Positions 28,614-37,958 are shown, counted from the stretch's first letter. The stretch is 64,000 bases of DNA from Planctomycetota bacterium (GCA_046290465.1 JBKAGP010000001.1:6208001-6272000); one strand, 5' to 3'. Numbers and translations are program-made. Notes: generated by a model not told the origin, from the sequence alone.

Positions 28614-29344
28614 ACCATCTGTTCTCGCCGCTGCTTCCGAGGGACCCGTTGCAGGGCCCCGTGCTGGTGCTCGCCGCGCACCCCGACGACGAGGTGATCG
28701 GCGCCGGCGGCCTGATGACGCACCACGCCCAGATGGGCCACGAGATCGTCGTGGTGCACGCGACCGACGGGGCGCAGGGCGACCCCGGCAAGCGCGAGGC
28801 GGGCGACATCCGCGACGTGCGCCGCGCCGAGGGCATCGAGGCGCTGCGGCGGCTCGGCATCGCGCCGGCGCGCCACTGGGACCTGCCCGACGGCCAGCTG
28901 CCCGAGCACCTCGACGAGCTGACGCGGCGCGTCGCGGAGGTGATGCAAGAGGTGCAGCCGAAGACGCTCTACTCGTTCCATGCGGGCGAGGCGCACCGCG
29001 ACCACCGCGCCGTCGCCAAGGCGACCGCCGACGCGGCGCACGCGCTGCCTTTCGACTGCCGCTGCCTGCTCTACGGGGTCAACTTCGTGCCGGCGGGCGG
29101 CTCGCTGTTCGACATCACCGACGTCTACCCGAAGATGTACGAGTCGCTGAAGGCCTACGTCAGCCAGAACGCCTACATCGACCTGCCGGGCATGAGCGAA
29201 CACCGACGCCGCGCCGCGACCGTCAACCTCGACATCGGCGGGGTGCTCTACGGCGAACAGCTGCTCGACGTCCAGGCGGGCGAACTGGCCGAGCTCTACG
29301 AGCTGCACGATCGCTTCCACCGGTTCATCCAGCGGCAGGCATGA
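28610..29344 (+). CDS. PIG-L/LmbE family de-N-acetylase
   Basis: AAHPDDE, TDG, RRAE and HRDH motifs; ATGA overlap. Confidence 0.9.
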   Translation: MNHLFSPLLPRDPLQGPVLVLAAHPDDEVIGAGGLMTHHAQMGHEIVVVHATDGAQGDPGKREAGDIRDVRRAEGIEALRRLGIAPARHWDLPDGQLPEHLDELTRRVAEVMQEVQPKTLYSFHAGEAHRDHRAVAKATADAAHALPFDCRCLLYGVNFVPAGGSLFDITDVYPKMYESLKAYVSQNAYIDLPGMSEHRRRAATVNLDIGGVLYGEQLLDVQAGELAELYELHDRFHRFIQRQA

Positions 29345-30306
29345 GCACGCCCTCCGACAAGCAGGCGGCGGACAAGCAGACGGCCGACAAGCAGACGGTC
29401 AGCCTGGTGATCTCGGTCTGGAACCGCAAGGACGACCTGCGCGAGAACCTCGCCGCGATCCGCAAGCAGACAGTGCCGGCCGACCAGGTGATCGTGGTCG
29501 ACAACGACTCGAGCGACGGCACGCCGGAGATGGTGATCGCCGAGTTCCCCGAGGTGCATCTGATCCGCATGCCGCACTCCGACTACGGCGCGTGCGAGAC
29601 GTTCAACGTCGGCTTCTCGTCGGCGAAGGGGGACTTCGTCGGCATCCTCGACGACGACGTGATCCTGCCCGAGACGTTCGTCGAACGCATGGTGCAGAAG
29701 TTCGCCGAGGAGCCGGAGACCACCGCGATCCTGTCGCCAAAGGTGATCGAGCCGGAGATGCCGGACTGGTACCTGCAGAGCGAGACGCTGCACCAGGAGC
29801 GCTACCTGGCGACCTTCCGCGGCTGCGGCTCGATGGCGCGCGCCGAGGCGATCCGCAAGGCGAACTGGTACGACATCCGCTTCTTCATCTTCGGCAACGA
29901 GCGCGACCTGACCACGCGGCTGCTCAACCTCGGCTACCGGGTCAAGATGTTCCCAAAGGTCGAGGTGTTCCACAAAGCGCCGTTCGGCATGCGCCACGGC
30001 AAGCGCAGCCTCTACTACCACGTCCGCAACTTCTGGCTCTACGCGTTCAAGTACCTGCCGTGGGGCCAGGTGCTGAGCTTCCCGTTCAAGTTCCTCGGCA
30101 AGGGCCTCGGCGGGAAGAAGAAGTCGGACGGCGGCGAGGTCGGCGACGCGGTCGGCACGATCGGCCTGTTCGACAACATCAAGGGCGTGAAGTGGGGCTA
30201 CTGGATCTGCCTGAAGGCGACCCTGAACGCGATCTGCAACCTGCCGTACTGCCTCAAGCACCGGCAGGTCTGCAAGCACCCGGACTTCGAGCCGCCGCTG
30301 AAGTAG
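29341..30306 (+). CDS. Glycosyltransferase family 2
   Basis: VVDNDSSDGT, LDDD and FFIFGNERDL motifs; N-terminal DKQxA repeated three times. Confidence 0.9.
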   Translation: MSTPSDKQAADKQTADKQTVSLVISVWNRKDDLRENLAAIRKQTVPADQVIVVDNDSSDGTPEMVIAEFPEVHLIRMPHSDYGACETFNVGFSSAKGDFVGILDDDVILPETFVERMVQKFAEEPETTAILSPKVIEPEMPDWYLQSETLHQERYLATFRGCGSMARAEAIRKANWYDIRFFIFGNERDLTTRLLNLGYRVKMFPKVEVFHKAPFGMRHGKRSLYYHVRNFWLYAFKYLPWGQVLSFPFKFLGKGLGGKKKSDGGEVGDAVGTIGLFDNIKGVKWGYWICLKATLNAICNLPYCLKHRQVCKHPDFEPPLK

Positions 30307-30320
30307 CGGCGGCGGGCCGT

Positions 30321-31112
30321 TCAGTACGCCGGCACGACGACGTTCGTCAGGATCGGCCGCGCGCCGGTGATCAAGCTGGCGCGGAACGTCGCGCGGAACT
30401 GCAGGAACGGCAGGCCGTCGGCGATGTCGGGGCTCGGAGCCCACAGGGTCGCCTCCAGGCCGGTTGCGTCGACGGCGCCGCGCCACTCGATCTGGATGTC
30501 GGTGTCGAACGGCTGCACCTTGGCGACCAGCGGCGCGCCGTAGTCGGGGGTCGGCAGGAAGATGCTGCTGCCCTGCAGCCACGGCGAGGTCGCGTCGCTG
30601 AACGGGTTGCCGGCCACGGGCGCGGCGGCGATCAGCTGCTGGTAGCCCTGCACGAACGTGCCGGTGTAGTCGTCCTGCACCCGCATCGTGAAGTCGCAAC
30701 CAGCGAACGTATCGCTCAGCACGGTGCTGCCGCCGTTGCTGGCGCGCAGCAGGCCGTTCGGCGCGGTGGGGTCGAGCACGAACGCCTGCCCGTAGACGGT
30801 CAGCCCGTGGGGGAGGTTGCTCGGCAGCTGGGTGGCGTGGATCGCCGCGGCCGGGCCGATGACCCCGACGTGCGGTGCGTTCATCACCGGCGTGAACCCG
30901 AGCTGCACCTCGACGCCGAGCACGTGGACCGGACCGCTCGCGACGTCGAAGAAGATGGCGTAGGGTGCGCCGACCTGGGGGCTGGTCAGCAACGACGGGA
31001 CGATCGCCGGCGCGACGCTGGTCCGGGCCTGCATCCACAGCTTCGGTGCCTGGGCCGTGACGGTCGTGAGCAGGCCGCAGCCCGCGAGCAGAGTTCTCCA
31101 TGCCTTTTTCAT
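30321..31112 (-). CDS. Secreted hypothetical protein with two beta-rich modules
   Basis: Signal peptide MKKAWRTLLAGCGLLTTVTAQA; a GQAFVLDP..ASNG module. Confidence 0.75.
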   Translation of the reverse strand: MKKAWRTLLAGCGLLTTVTAQAPKLWMQARTSVAPAIVPSLLTSPQVGAPYAIFFDVASGPVHVLGVEVQLGFTPVMNAPHVGVIGPAAAIHATQLPSNLPHGLTVYGQAFVLDPTAPNGLLRASNGGSTVLSDTFAGCDFTMRVQDDYTGTFVQGYQQLIAAAPVAGNPFSDATSPWLQGSSIFLPTPDYGAPLVAKVQPFDTDIQIEWRGAVDATGLEATLWAPSPDIADGLPFLQFRATFRASLITGARPILTNVVVPAY

Positions 31113-31322
31113 GCACGGAGATAGGTGTGCTGCTCGCCCGAGGTCACAGCCCGCTGCGCGAAATCGCTCAAGGTTTTTCGAGATCGATCCGGCCGTCCTC
31201 CGGATTTCGGCGCCTTGGCGCTATCGGGCTGTTTGCGAGTCAGCCCGGTGGTGGTTCACCCCGTTCCGATCGACCGACCAGGCCCCTCCGGAACGGGTGA
31301 GTCAGAAGTGATGAGCAAGGGT

Positions 31323-31362
31323 CAGGTGGCCGCGCCGCAGGGGTGCGGCCACCTGCTTTTTT
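31323..31362 (+). terminator. Intrinsic terminator with no protein-coding gene upstream on the same strand
   Basis: 11-bp stem CAGGTGGCCGC/GCGGCCACCTG followed by CTTTTTT. Confidence 0.7.
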
Positions 31363-31408
31363 GTACGGCCTACCGGGGGCGCGGCTAGCATGCTCGGGCC
31401 TCCAACCC

Positions 31409-32464
31409 GTGCTCTCCGCGATCGTCGTCAACTGGAACGGGCAGGATTACCTGCCTGAGTGTCTCGATGCCCTTCTGGCGCAAGACCCTGCGCCGTCGGA
31501 GGTAATCGTCGTCGACAACCACTCGGACGACCGTTCGCGCGAGGTCGTCGCCGAACACTACCCCCAGGTCACGCTGGTCGACACCGGCTTCAACGGAGGG
31601 CCGTGCCACGCCCGCAACGTCGGCGCGCAGCACGCCAGCCACGAGCGGGTGCTGTTCGTCGACAACGACGTCGTGCTGCACGACGGCGCGATCGCGGCGC
31701 TGCTCGGGTGCATGGACCAGGACGAGCGGATCGCGATGGTCCAGGCCCGCTCGGTCTGCGGCGACGATCCGGGCGTGGTGCACTACGACGGCGGCGACCT
31801 GCACTTCCTCGGCACGCTGGTGCTGCGCAACTGGTACCGCCCGATCGCCGAGGCTCAGGACCCCGAAGGCCCGGTCGGGGCCGGCATCGCGCTGTGCTTT
31901 CTGGCCAAGAAGTCCGCCTACGAGCAGGTCGGCGGCTTCGACGAGAACCTGTTCATCCTCTACGAGGACAACGAGTTCTCCTACAAGCTGCGCATGCGCG
32001 GCCACCTGATCCGGCTGTGTCCGGACGCGGTCTGCACCCACAAGGCCGGCACCGTCGGGCTCAGCGTGCGTGGCGAAGCGAAGTACCCCGGCAAGCGCAC
32101 CTACCTGCACAGCAAGAACCGCTGGTACGTGCTGTTCACCTGCATGCGCTGGCGCACGCTGCTGCTGACGGTGCCGGCGCAGCTGGCCTACGGCATCGTC
32201 TACGCCGCGTTCGGCGTCGGCCGCGGCCACCTCGGTTCGTGGCTGAAGGGCAAGTGGGAGCTGCTCAGGCTGCTGCCCAAGGCGATCGCCGCGCGGGGTC
32301 CGGCGCAGCGCGGCCGCACCGTGCCCGATCGCGAACTGCTGGTCGCGACGCCGATGACGCTCAACCCGGGCCTCGCCGACAAGGGGGCCGGGGCGCTGCT
32401 GCGGCGCACGATGGACCAGTTCTTCGCGGCCTACTGGCGGTTGGTGCGGGGCCTCTGTGGCTGA
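31409..32464 (+). CDS. Glycosyltransferase family 2
   Basis: LSAIVVNWNG, VVDNHSDD, VDND and LYEDNEF motifs; start re-called to GTG 31409. Confidence 0.9.
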   Translation: MLSAIVVNWNGQDYLPECLDALLAQDPAPSEVIVVDNHSDDRSREVVAEHYPQVTLVDTGFNGGPCHARNVGAQHASHERVLFVDNDVVLHDGAIAALLGCMDQDERIAMVQARSVCGDDPGVVHYDGGDLHFLGTLVLRNWYRPIAEAQDPEGPVGAGIALCFLAKKSAYEQVGGFDENLFILYEDNEFSYKLRMRGHLIRLCPDAVCTHKAGTVGLSVRGEAKYPGKRTYLHSKNRWYVLFTCMRWRTLLLTVPAQLAYGIVYAAFGVGRGHLGSWLKGKWELLRLLPKAIAARGPAQRGRTVPDRELLVATPMTLNPGLADKGAGALLRRTMDQFFAAYWRLVRGLCG

Positions 32465-33386
32465 TCCCGCGCACGACCTGCGCGCGCTGGTGCTCAACTA
32501 CCGCGGCGCCGAGATGACGATGCAGGTGGTGCGCGACCTGCTGGCGATCGACGACGCGCGGATCTCGGTGGCGGTGCTCGACAACGCGTCGGGCAAGGAC
32601 GAGGTCGCCCAGCTCCGCGCCGCGATCGCCGCGCTCGTGCCGGGCGCGCACGAGGTCACGCTGCAGGCGTTCGACGACAACCTCGGCTTCGCCGCGGCGA
32701 TGAGCCGCGGCATGCGCGACGCGTCCGCGCAGGGCTTCGCCTACTGCCTGGTCTGCAACAACGACCTGCGGCTGCCCCGCGACTGCGTGCGGCCGCTGCT
32801 CGACGTGCTGCAGAACGACCGGCGCATCGCCGCGGTCGGCCCGACGATCGTCAATCCCGACGGCACCGTCTGGGCCGAGGGCGGCGAGGTCGGCTTCACC
32901 AGCAACGCGCTGCGGCTGCGCCGGCAGGGCAAGCCGCCGACGGCGACCACCGCGGGGCCGGAGGAGGTCGACTTCCTGACCGGCGCGTTCGTGCTGCTTC
33001 GCGTCGACGCGGCGCTCGCGGTCGGCGCGTTCCCGGACGACTACTTCATGTACTGGGAGGACGTCGCGCTCAGCCACGCGCTGCGGCGCGCCGGCCACGG
33101 CGTCGTGTGGATCCCGTGGGTGCGCGTCGAGCACCTCGGCGGCCAGTCGTCGGGCGGCGGCCGCTCACCGCTGCGCAAGTTCTTGATGGCGTGCAACGCG
33201 GTGCGGTTCCTGAAGGCGCACGGCACCGTGACGGCCTGGTTGGGCTGGCTTCTGTTCGACGTGCTGCTGTGGCCGCTCGGGCTGCTCACCGGGCCGGCCG
33301 CCGCCGTCGCCAAGCTGCGCGGCACCTGCAAGGGCCTCGTCGGCCACGCGCCGTCGGCGGCGGACGTCGCGCGCTACCTCGGTTAG
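32457..33386 (+). CDS. Glycosyltransferase family 2
   Basis: LDNASG, NLGFA, NND and YFMYWEDV motifs. Confidence 0.9.
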   Translation: MADPAHDLRALVLNYRGAEMTMQVVRDLLAIDDARISVAVLDNASGKDEVAQLRAAIAALVPGAHEVTLQAFDDNLGFAAAMSRGMRDASAQGFAYCLVCNNDLRLPRDCVRPLLDVLQNDRRIAAVGPTIVNPDGTVWAEGGEVGFTSNALRLRRQGKPPTATTAGPEEVDFLTGAFVLLRVDAALAVGAFPDDYFMYWEDVALSHALRRAGHGVVWIPWVRVEHLGGQSSGGGRSPLRKFLMACNAVRFLKAHGTVTAWLGWLLFDVLLWPLGLLTGPAAAVAKLRGTCKGLVGHAPSAADVARYLG

Positions 33387-33395
33387 CCCGCCTCG

Positions 33396-33448
33396 CCCCG
33401 ACCACTACGACCCCGACCACTACGACCCCGACCACTACGACCCCGACC
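33396..33448. repeat. About 3.5 tandem copies of the 15-bp unit CCCCGACCACTACGA
   Basis: Read directly from the sequence; lies between convergent genes. Confidence 0.95.
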
Positions 33449-33503
33449 GCTGCGGCCCGCTCGCCGCGATTGGGCGCGCGCCAGCGGCGTCCGGCCGCCG
33501 CGA

Positions 33504-34580
33504 TCAGGCCCGCCCTTCCGGCCGCGTGCGCGAACGTTCGGGGGTGCCGGGCCAGACGTCGCTGTTGGAGGTCGGTGCGAACTCGTCGGCGATCGCGCCA
33601 TCGATCGCCGAGCCGTGCTCGAGCACCGTGGCGAGCACCGTCAGCGAGCCGGCCTCGGCGGTCTGCCGGGCCGCGGCGAACAGCTGCTTGGCCGCCAGGA
33701 CCGCCCGGGCGTCGAGGCCGGGCTGGATCCACGCGCCGGACGGGGCCTGGCTGCGCGCGTGGGCGTGGGTCAGCGCGGTCACCGAGTCGAGCAGCAGCAC
33801 GACGTCGTGGCCGTGCTCGACGCGGCGCAGCGCGGCGTGCAGCGCGAGGTCGGCGACGTCGGCGTGGCGTCGCGGCGGCGACGCGAACGTGGTGCCGACG
33901 GTCGTCAGGTTGGCGTGCGCGTCGGCGGCCAGCGCGCGCGCGACGGCCAGGTCCTCCGGGCGCTGGTCGAGCAGGCACAGGGTCACGTCGACGCTCGGGT
34001 GGGCCGCGGCGATCGCGCCGGCGAGCGCCGTCAGCCACGCGGCGGTCGGTTCGTCCTGCTGCTTGTGCACCAGCACGCGATGGCCGAACCGCCACGGCGC
34101 CTGCTGCGCGAGGCCGGCCCACGGTCCGTCGTCGCCGAGCGGCAGCGCGCGGTCCGGCACGATCGCGGTGCGCGCGCCGAACGGCACCACGTCGCCGAGC
34201 GCGTCGGCGTCGACGCCCTGCACCGATTCGACGCGCGTCAGCGCCAGGAACCGTTCGTTGCCGCGCGGTGCGCGCAGCCGGCCCTTCACCCGGTGGCCCT
34301 GCTGCAGGTGCAGGCTGCGGATCTGGCTCGGGCTGACGTAGGCGTCGACGCCCGTCTCGCCGTAGTCGGTCGCGGCGAGGCGCACGAAGCCGAAGCCCTC
34401 GTGCAGCATCGACAGCTCGCCCTCGGTGACGACGTCGTCGCCGGCGGCGAGTCGCTGGGTGACCAGTTCGGCGACCAGCTCGTCGTGGGTCAGATGGGGG
34501 CGCAGGTCGAGGCCGTGCTCGGCGGCGAGCGCCAGCAGTTCGGGGCGCGGCTTCGCGAACAGCTCGGGCACGCAGATCAT
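33504..34580 (-). CDS. Rho-like protein with a recognisable RNA-binding domain and a degenerate ATPase domain
   Basis: GFGFVR..DAYVSPSQIR..ERFLAL (Rho RNA-binding domain), DQRPED, DVVLLLDSVT and GSLTVLAT; no Walker A motif. ATG 34580 overlaps the coaE stop. Confidence 0.85.
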   Translation of the reverse strand: MICVPELFAKPRPELLALAAEHGLDLRPHLTHDELVAELVTQRLAAGDDVVTEGELSMLHEGFGFVRLAATDYGETGVDAYVSPSQIRSLHLQQGHRVKGRLRAPRGNERFLALTRVESVQGVDADALGDVVPFGARTAIVPDRALPLGDDGPWAGLAQQAPWRFGHRVLVHKQQDEPTAAWLTALAGAIAAAHPSVDVTLCLLDQRPEDLAVARALAADAHANLTTVGTTFASPPRRHADVADLALHAALRRVEHGHDVVLLLDSVTALTHAHARSQAPSGAWIQPGLDARAVLAAKQLFAAARQTAEAGSLTVLATVLEHGSAIDGAIADEFAPTSNSDVWPGTPERSRTRPEGRA

Positions 34581-35221
34581 GCGCCGCCCTCCAGCTCGGC
34601 GAGCAGCGCCGCGACCGCGCGGCGGGTCTGCTCGAGCGTGCCGCCGTTGTCGACCACGTGCTGCGAACGGGCGCGCTTGTCGGCGAGCGGCAGCTGGTTG
34701 CGTTCGCGGCGTGGCAGTTCTTGATCGTCCCAGCCGCGGCCGCGGGCGCGCTCGCGGCGGATTTCGTCGGGCGCGTCGACGAACACGATCGTGTCGCAGT
34801 GCTGCCACAGGCCGGCCTCGAACAGCAGCGGCACGTCGAGCAGGCTCGACTGGCCGGCGGCGCGGCTGCGGTCGAGCTCGGCCAGGATCCGGGCGCGCAC
34901 CCTCGGGTGCACGATCGCCTCTAGCTGCTGCTTGGCGTCCGGGTGCGAGAAGACGTGCTCGGCGACCGCCTGGCGGTCGAGCCGGCCGTCGACGACGAAC
35001 CGTTCTCCAAGCCTGGTCTGGACTTCTGCCAGGACCTGCGGGTCCTCGGTGGCCGCCCGGGCGTGCAAATCGGCGTCGATGTGGCGGATTCCGTGGGCCG
35101 AGAACAGGCCCGAAACGGTGCTCTTGCCCGATGCGACGCCGCCCACGAGTCCGATGACGAGGGGCTCAGGCGGCCCGAACGGGCGCTCCGGGGCCGGATC
35201 CGGCTTTTCGGGGGGCGGCAT
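34577..35221 (-). CDS. coaE: Dephospho-CoA kinase
   Basis: IGLVGGVASGKSTV, IDAD, LEAIVHPRV and DVPLLFE motifs. Confidence 0.95.
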   Translation of the reverse strand: MPPPEKPDPAPERPFGPPEPLVIGLVGGVASGKSTVSGLFSAHGIRHIDADLHARAATEDPQVLAEVQTRLGERFVVDGRLDRQAVAEHVFSHPDAKQQLEAIVHPRVRARILAELDRSRAAGQSSLLDVPLLFEAGLWQHCDTIVFVDAPDEIRRERARGRGWDDQELPRRERNQLPLADKRARSQHVVDNGGTLEQTRRAVAALLAELEGGA

Positions 35222-35275
35222 CCCGGCATCGTCGGGGACCGGCCCGGCTCAGGCAAGTCGTGCCTGGACGCCACC

Positions 35276-35303
35276 TTGACCATGGCCTCCGTCTTTCTAA
35301 GAT
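35276..35303 (+). promoter_or_regulatory. Putative sigma70 promoter for the gene at 35477
   Basis: TTGACC, 16 nt, TAAGAT. Confidence 0.5.
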
Positions 35304-35476
35304 CCCGGATCCCTGCGTGAGGCCGTGCCCTCGGTCCGAACGCGGATTCGATCTCCCGTCCGATCCAAAGCCCCTCTCTTCCCCTCCGACGTTCTCCCGA
35401 CGTCCGTCCCTTGCCGTTGTCTGCCCCCGCGGCAACGCAACGCCCTCAACGCACAGACCCCTTGGAGTTGGTTCCT

Positions 35477-36757
35477 ATGCACAGTCGCCAGATGAGCAGT
35501 CGCCAGAGCGGTGCCGCCCACGTCCCGATCATGTTCTTCCTGCTGCTGCTCCTGATGTTCTTCGGAGCACTGGGCTTCGGCTGGGTCCAGCAGACCAACA
35601 ACGCCGAGCTGCAGAAGAAGGCCGACGAGGCCCGCGCCGAGCTCAAGACGATCCAGGGCAAGGAGACGCTGATCCAGGACTACATTGACGACATCGGCAA
35701 GGTCGTCAACAAGCCGGGGCCGTACCTCGGTCGCCCGGGCGGCATCTACGAAGGTGCCACCATCGAGTACCCCGGCCTGATGGACCCCAAGCAGGTCAAG
35801 CAGGTGATGGACGACGCCGCGACCAACGCCGGCGTGTCGCAGGCCAGCTCGCTCGAGAACCTGCTCGGCGCGATGATCACGCGCATCAACACGATGACGC
35901 AGCGCGTCAAGGACATCGAGCTCGAGCGCGACAAGGCGATCGCCGACAAGAGCACCGGTGACCAGCGCTACACGACCCTCGAGGGCGAAGCGAGCACGCG
36001 CGCCAGCGAGAACTCGACCAACCTCGAGCAGGCGCGTTCGGACTTCCAGTCGGCCAAGGACGACCGTGACCGTCGCATCGCGACGCTGACGGAGAACCTG
36101 CGCAACAAGGACGAGGAGATGACCTCGCTGAAGGAGGACTTCGCCGCCAAGGAGAAGGACCTGCTCGGTCGCATCGCCCGCCTGCAGACCCAGAACTCGG
36201 CCCTGGTCGAGCGTGAGGCCCTGCGCCAGCCGCCGAACGTCGCGGACGGCAAGGTGCTGGTCGCCAAGAACGGCATCCCGAAGGCCTTCATCAACCTGGG
36301 CCGCAAGGACCTGCTGCAGCCGGGCACGGTGTTCCGGGTCAAGAGCCCGAACAACCAGGCCGTCAAGGGCTACTGCCAGGTCACGCGCGTCGAGGACGAG
36401 CGCGCCGAAGTGCGCCTGTTCGACTTCGTCGACCCGGTCGGCAACTACGCCAGCGAAGGCGACCTGCTGTTCAACGACCTCTACACGCCGCGCGTCACGC
36501 GCACGATGTACCTGATGGGTCGCTTCAGCGCGCCGTACGGCAAGGAGCAGCTGACCAACCTGCTGCGCCGCCTCGGCAACCGCGTCGTGACCAAGATGGG
36601 CCCCGGCGTCGACACCGTGATCCTGGGCAACAACCCGGTCAACGAAGCCGGCGACGGCTTCAGCGCCATCCAGGAGAGCGAGGAGTTCAAGCTCGCCAAC
36701 GAGCTGCGCGTGGAGTTCACCTACCTCGCCAAGATCGCCGACCTGGTCAAGCTCTAG
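35477..36757 (+). CDS. Membrane-anchored coiled-coil protein with a C-terminal BRCT-like domain
   Basis: N-terminal TM segment and long heptad region; the C-terminal YLMGRF..LLRRLGNRV..VDTVILG resembles BRCT; GGAG RBS before ATG 35477. Confidence 0.75.
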   Translation: MHSRQMSSRQSGAAHVPIMFFLLLLLMFFGALGFGWVQQTNNAELQKKADEARAELKTIQGKETLIQDYIDDIGKVVNKPGPYLGRPGGIYEGATIEYPGLMDPKQVKQVMDDAATNAGVSQASSLENLLGAMITRINTMTQRVKDIELERDKAIADKSTGDQRYTTLEGEASTRASENSTNLEQARSDFQSAKDDRDRRIATLTENLRNKDEEMTSLKEDFAAKEKDLLGRIARLQTQNSALVEREALRQPPNVADGKVLVAKNGIPKAFINLGRKDLLQPGTVFRVKSPNNQAVKGYCQVTRVEDERAEVRLFDFVDPVGNYASEGDLLFNDLYTPRVTRTMYLMGRFSAPYGKEQLTNLLRRLGNRVVTKMGPGVDTVILGNNPVNEAGDGFSAIQESEEFKLANELRVEFTYLAKIADLVKL

Positions 36758-36779
36758 GCTTTTCCACCCCGCGCGACCC

Positions 36780-36818
36780 CCAGCACAGGCGGCCTCGATG
36801 GCCGCCTGTTCTGGTTTT
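36780..36818 (+). terminator. Intrinsic terminator
   Basis: Stem ACAGGCGGCC/GGCCGCCTGT followed by TCTGGTTTT, just after the stop at 36757. Confidence 0.65.
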
Positions 36819-36995
36819 GGGGGGCGGCCAATCGTCTGGTTCCGCGACGAAGCCTTGCCGACCAGCGCGTCGGTCGTTCGCCGCTCCGTTCGTGCGGTCG
36901 GAACGTCGGCTCCCGGAGCCGACCTTTCGGCCCGTGCGGGGTGGTTGTTTTGGGTTTGGGGCAAATCGCGGCGGGCCTAAGCTGTTGCATCGCTC

Positions 36996-37958
36996 ATGCC
37001 GCTCGACCAACCGGAGATCCGCGACGCCATCGACCAGCCCGACGCGTTGCCGCGGATGACGTTCGGTGACCACCTGGACGAACTGCGCAAGCGGGTGATC
37101 TGGTCGCTGCTCGCGGTGATCATCGCGGTGCTCGGCGTGCTGCCGTTCAAGACGACGGTGCAGCAGATCATCGTCGGGCCGTACCGCCAGCAGTGGGAGA
37201 TCGGCTTCGACGACTGGATCGAGAACCTCGAGGCCCGCGAAGCGTCGGGCGACCTGGCCGGCGACGAGGACGGCCAGGCCTACCTGAAGTTCTGCCGCGA
37301 ACACCGCGACTCGATCCTCGACAACACCTACCGCTATCCGTGGACGGTCGTCGAGAAGAGCGGCTACCCGGTGCCCTACAACCTCTACGCGACGGGCGGG
37401 CTCGAAGACATCCTGTCGTTCATGTGGGCGTCGTTCATCTTCGCCCTGGTGCTCGCGAGCCCGGTGGTCGTCTGGCAGATCTGGGCGTTCATCGCGGCAG
37501 GGCTCTATCGCCACGAACGGCTGGTCTTCTACCGCTACTTCCCGTTCATGGTGCTGCTCGGCGTCGCCGGCGTGCTGTTCGGCTACAAGGTCGCGCTGCC
37601 GTACAGCCTGGGCTTCTTGATGAGCATGATGGATCCGGCGATCGTCGGCGCGATCCTCAGCATCGGCCAGTTCTTCAACCTGCTGTTCATGACCACCGCG
37701 GCGATGGGCATCGTCTTCCAGGTGCCGCTCGTCATGCTCGCGCTGCAGAAGGTCGGCATCGTGCGCCACGAGGCGTTCATCAAGCACTGGCGCATGACGC
37801 TGCTGGCGATCTTCATCCTGTCGGCATTGTTCAGCCCTCCTGAGCCGGTCTCGATGGTGTTGATGTCGCTGCCGATGATCCTGCTCTACGGCGTCGGCCT
37901 GATCCTGACGCGCTCCGGCCAGAAGCACGAACCGCCGGCGCCGGAGGTCGGCGCGTGA
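36996..37958 (+). CDS. tatC: Twin-arginine translocase subunit TatC
   Basis: MTFGDHLDELRKR, QIWAFIAAGLYRHE, FQVPL and SPPEPVSM motifs. Confidence 0.95.
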   Translation: MPLDQPEIRDAIDQPDALPRMTFGDHLDELRKRVIWSLLAVIIAVLGVLPFKTTVQQIIVGPYRQQWEIGFDDWIENLEAREASGDLAGDEDGQAYLKFCREHRDSILDNTYRYPWTVVEKSGYPVPYNLYATGGLEDILSFMWASFIFALVLASPVVVWQIWAFIAAGLYRHERLVFYRYFPFMVLLGVAGVLFGYKVALPYSLGFLMSMMDPAIVGAILSIGQFFNLLFMTTAAMGIVFQVPLVMLALQKVGIVRHEAFIKHWRMTLLAIFILSALFSPPEPVSMVLMSLPMILLYGVGLILTRSGQKHEPPAPEVGA

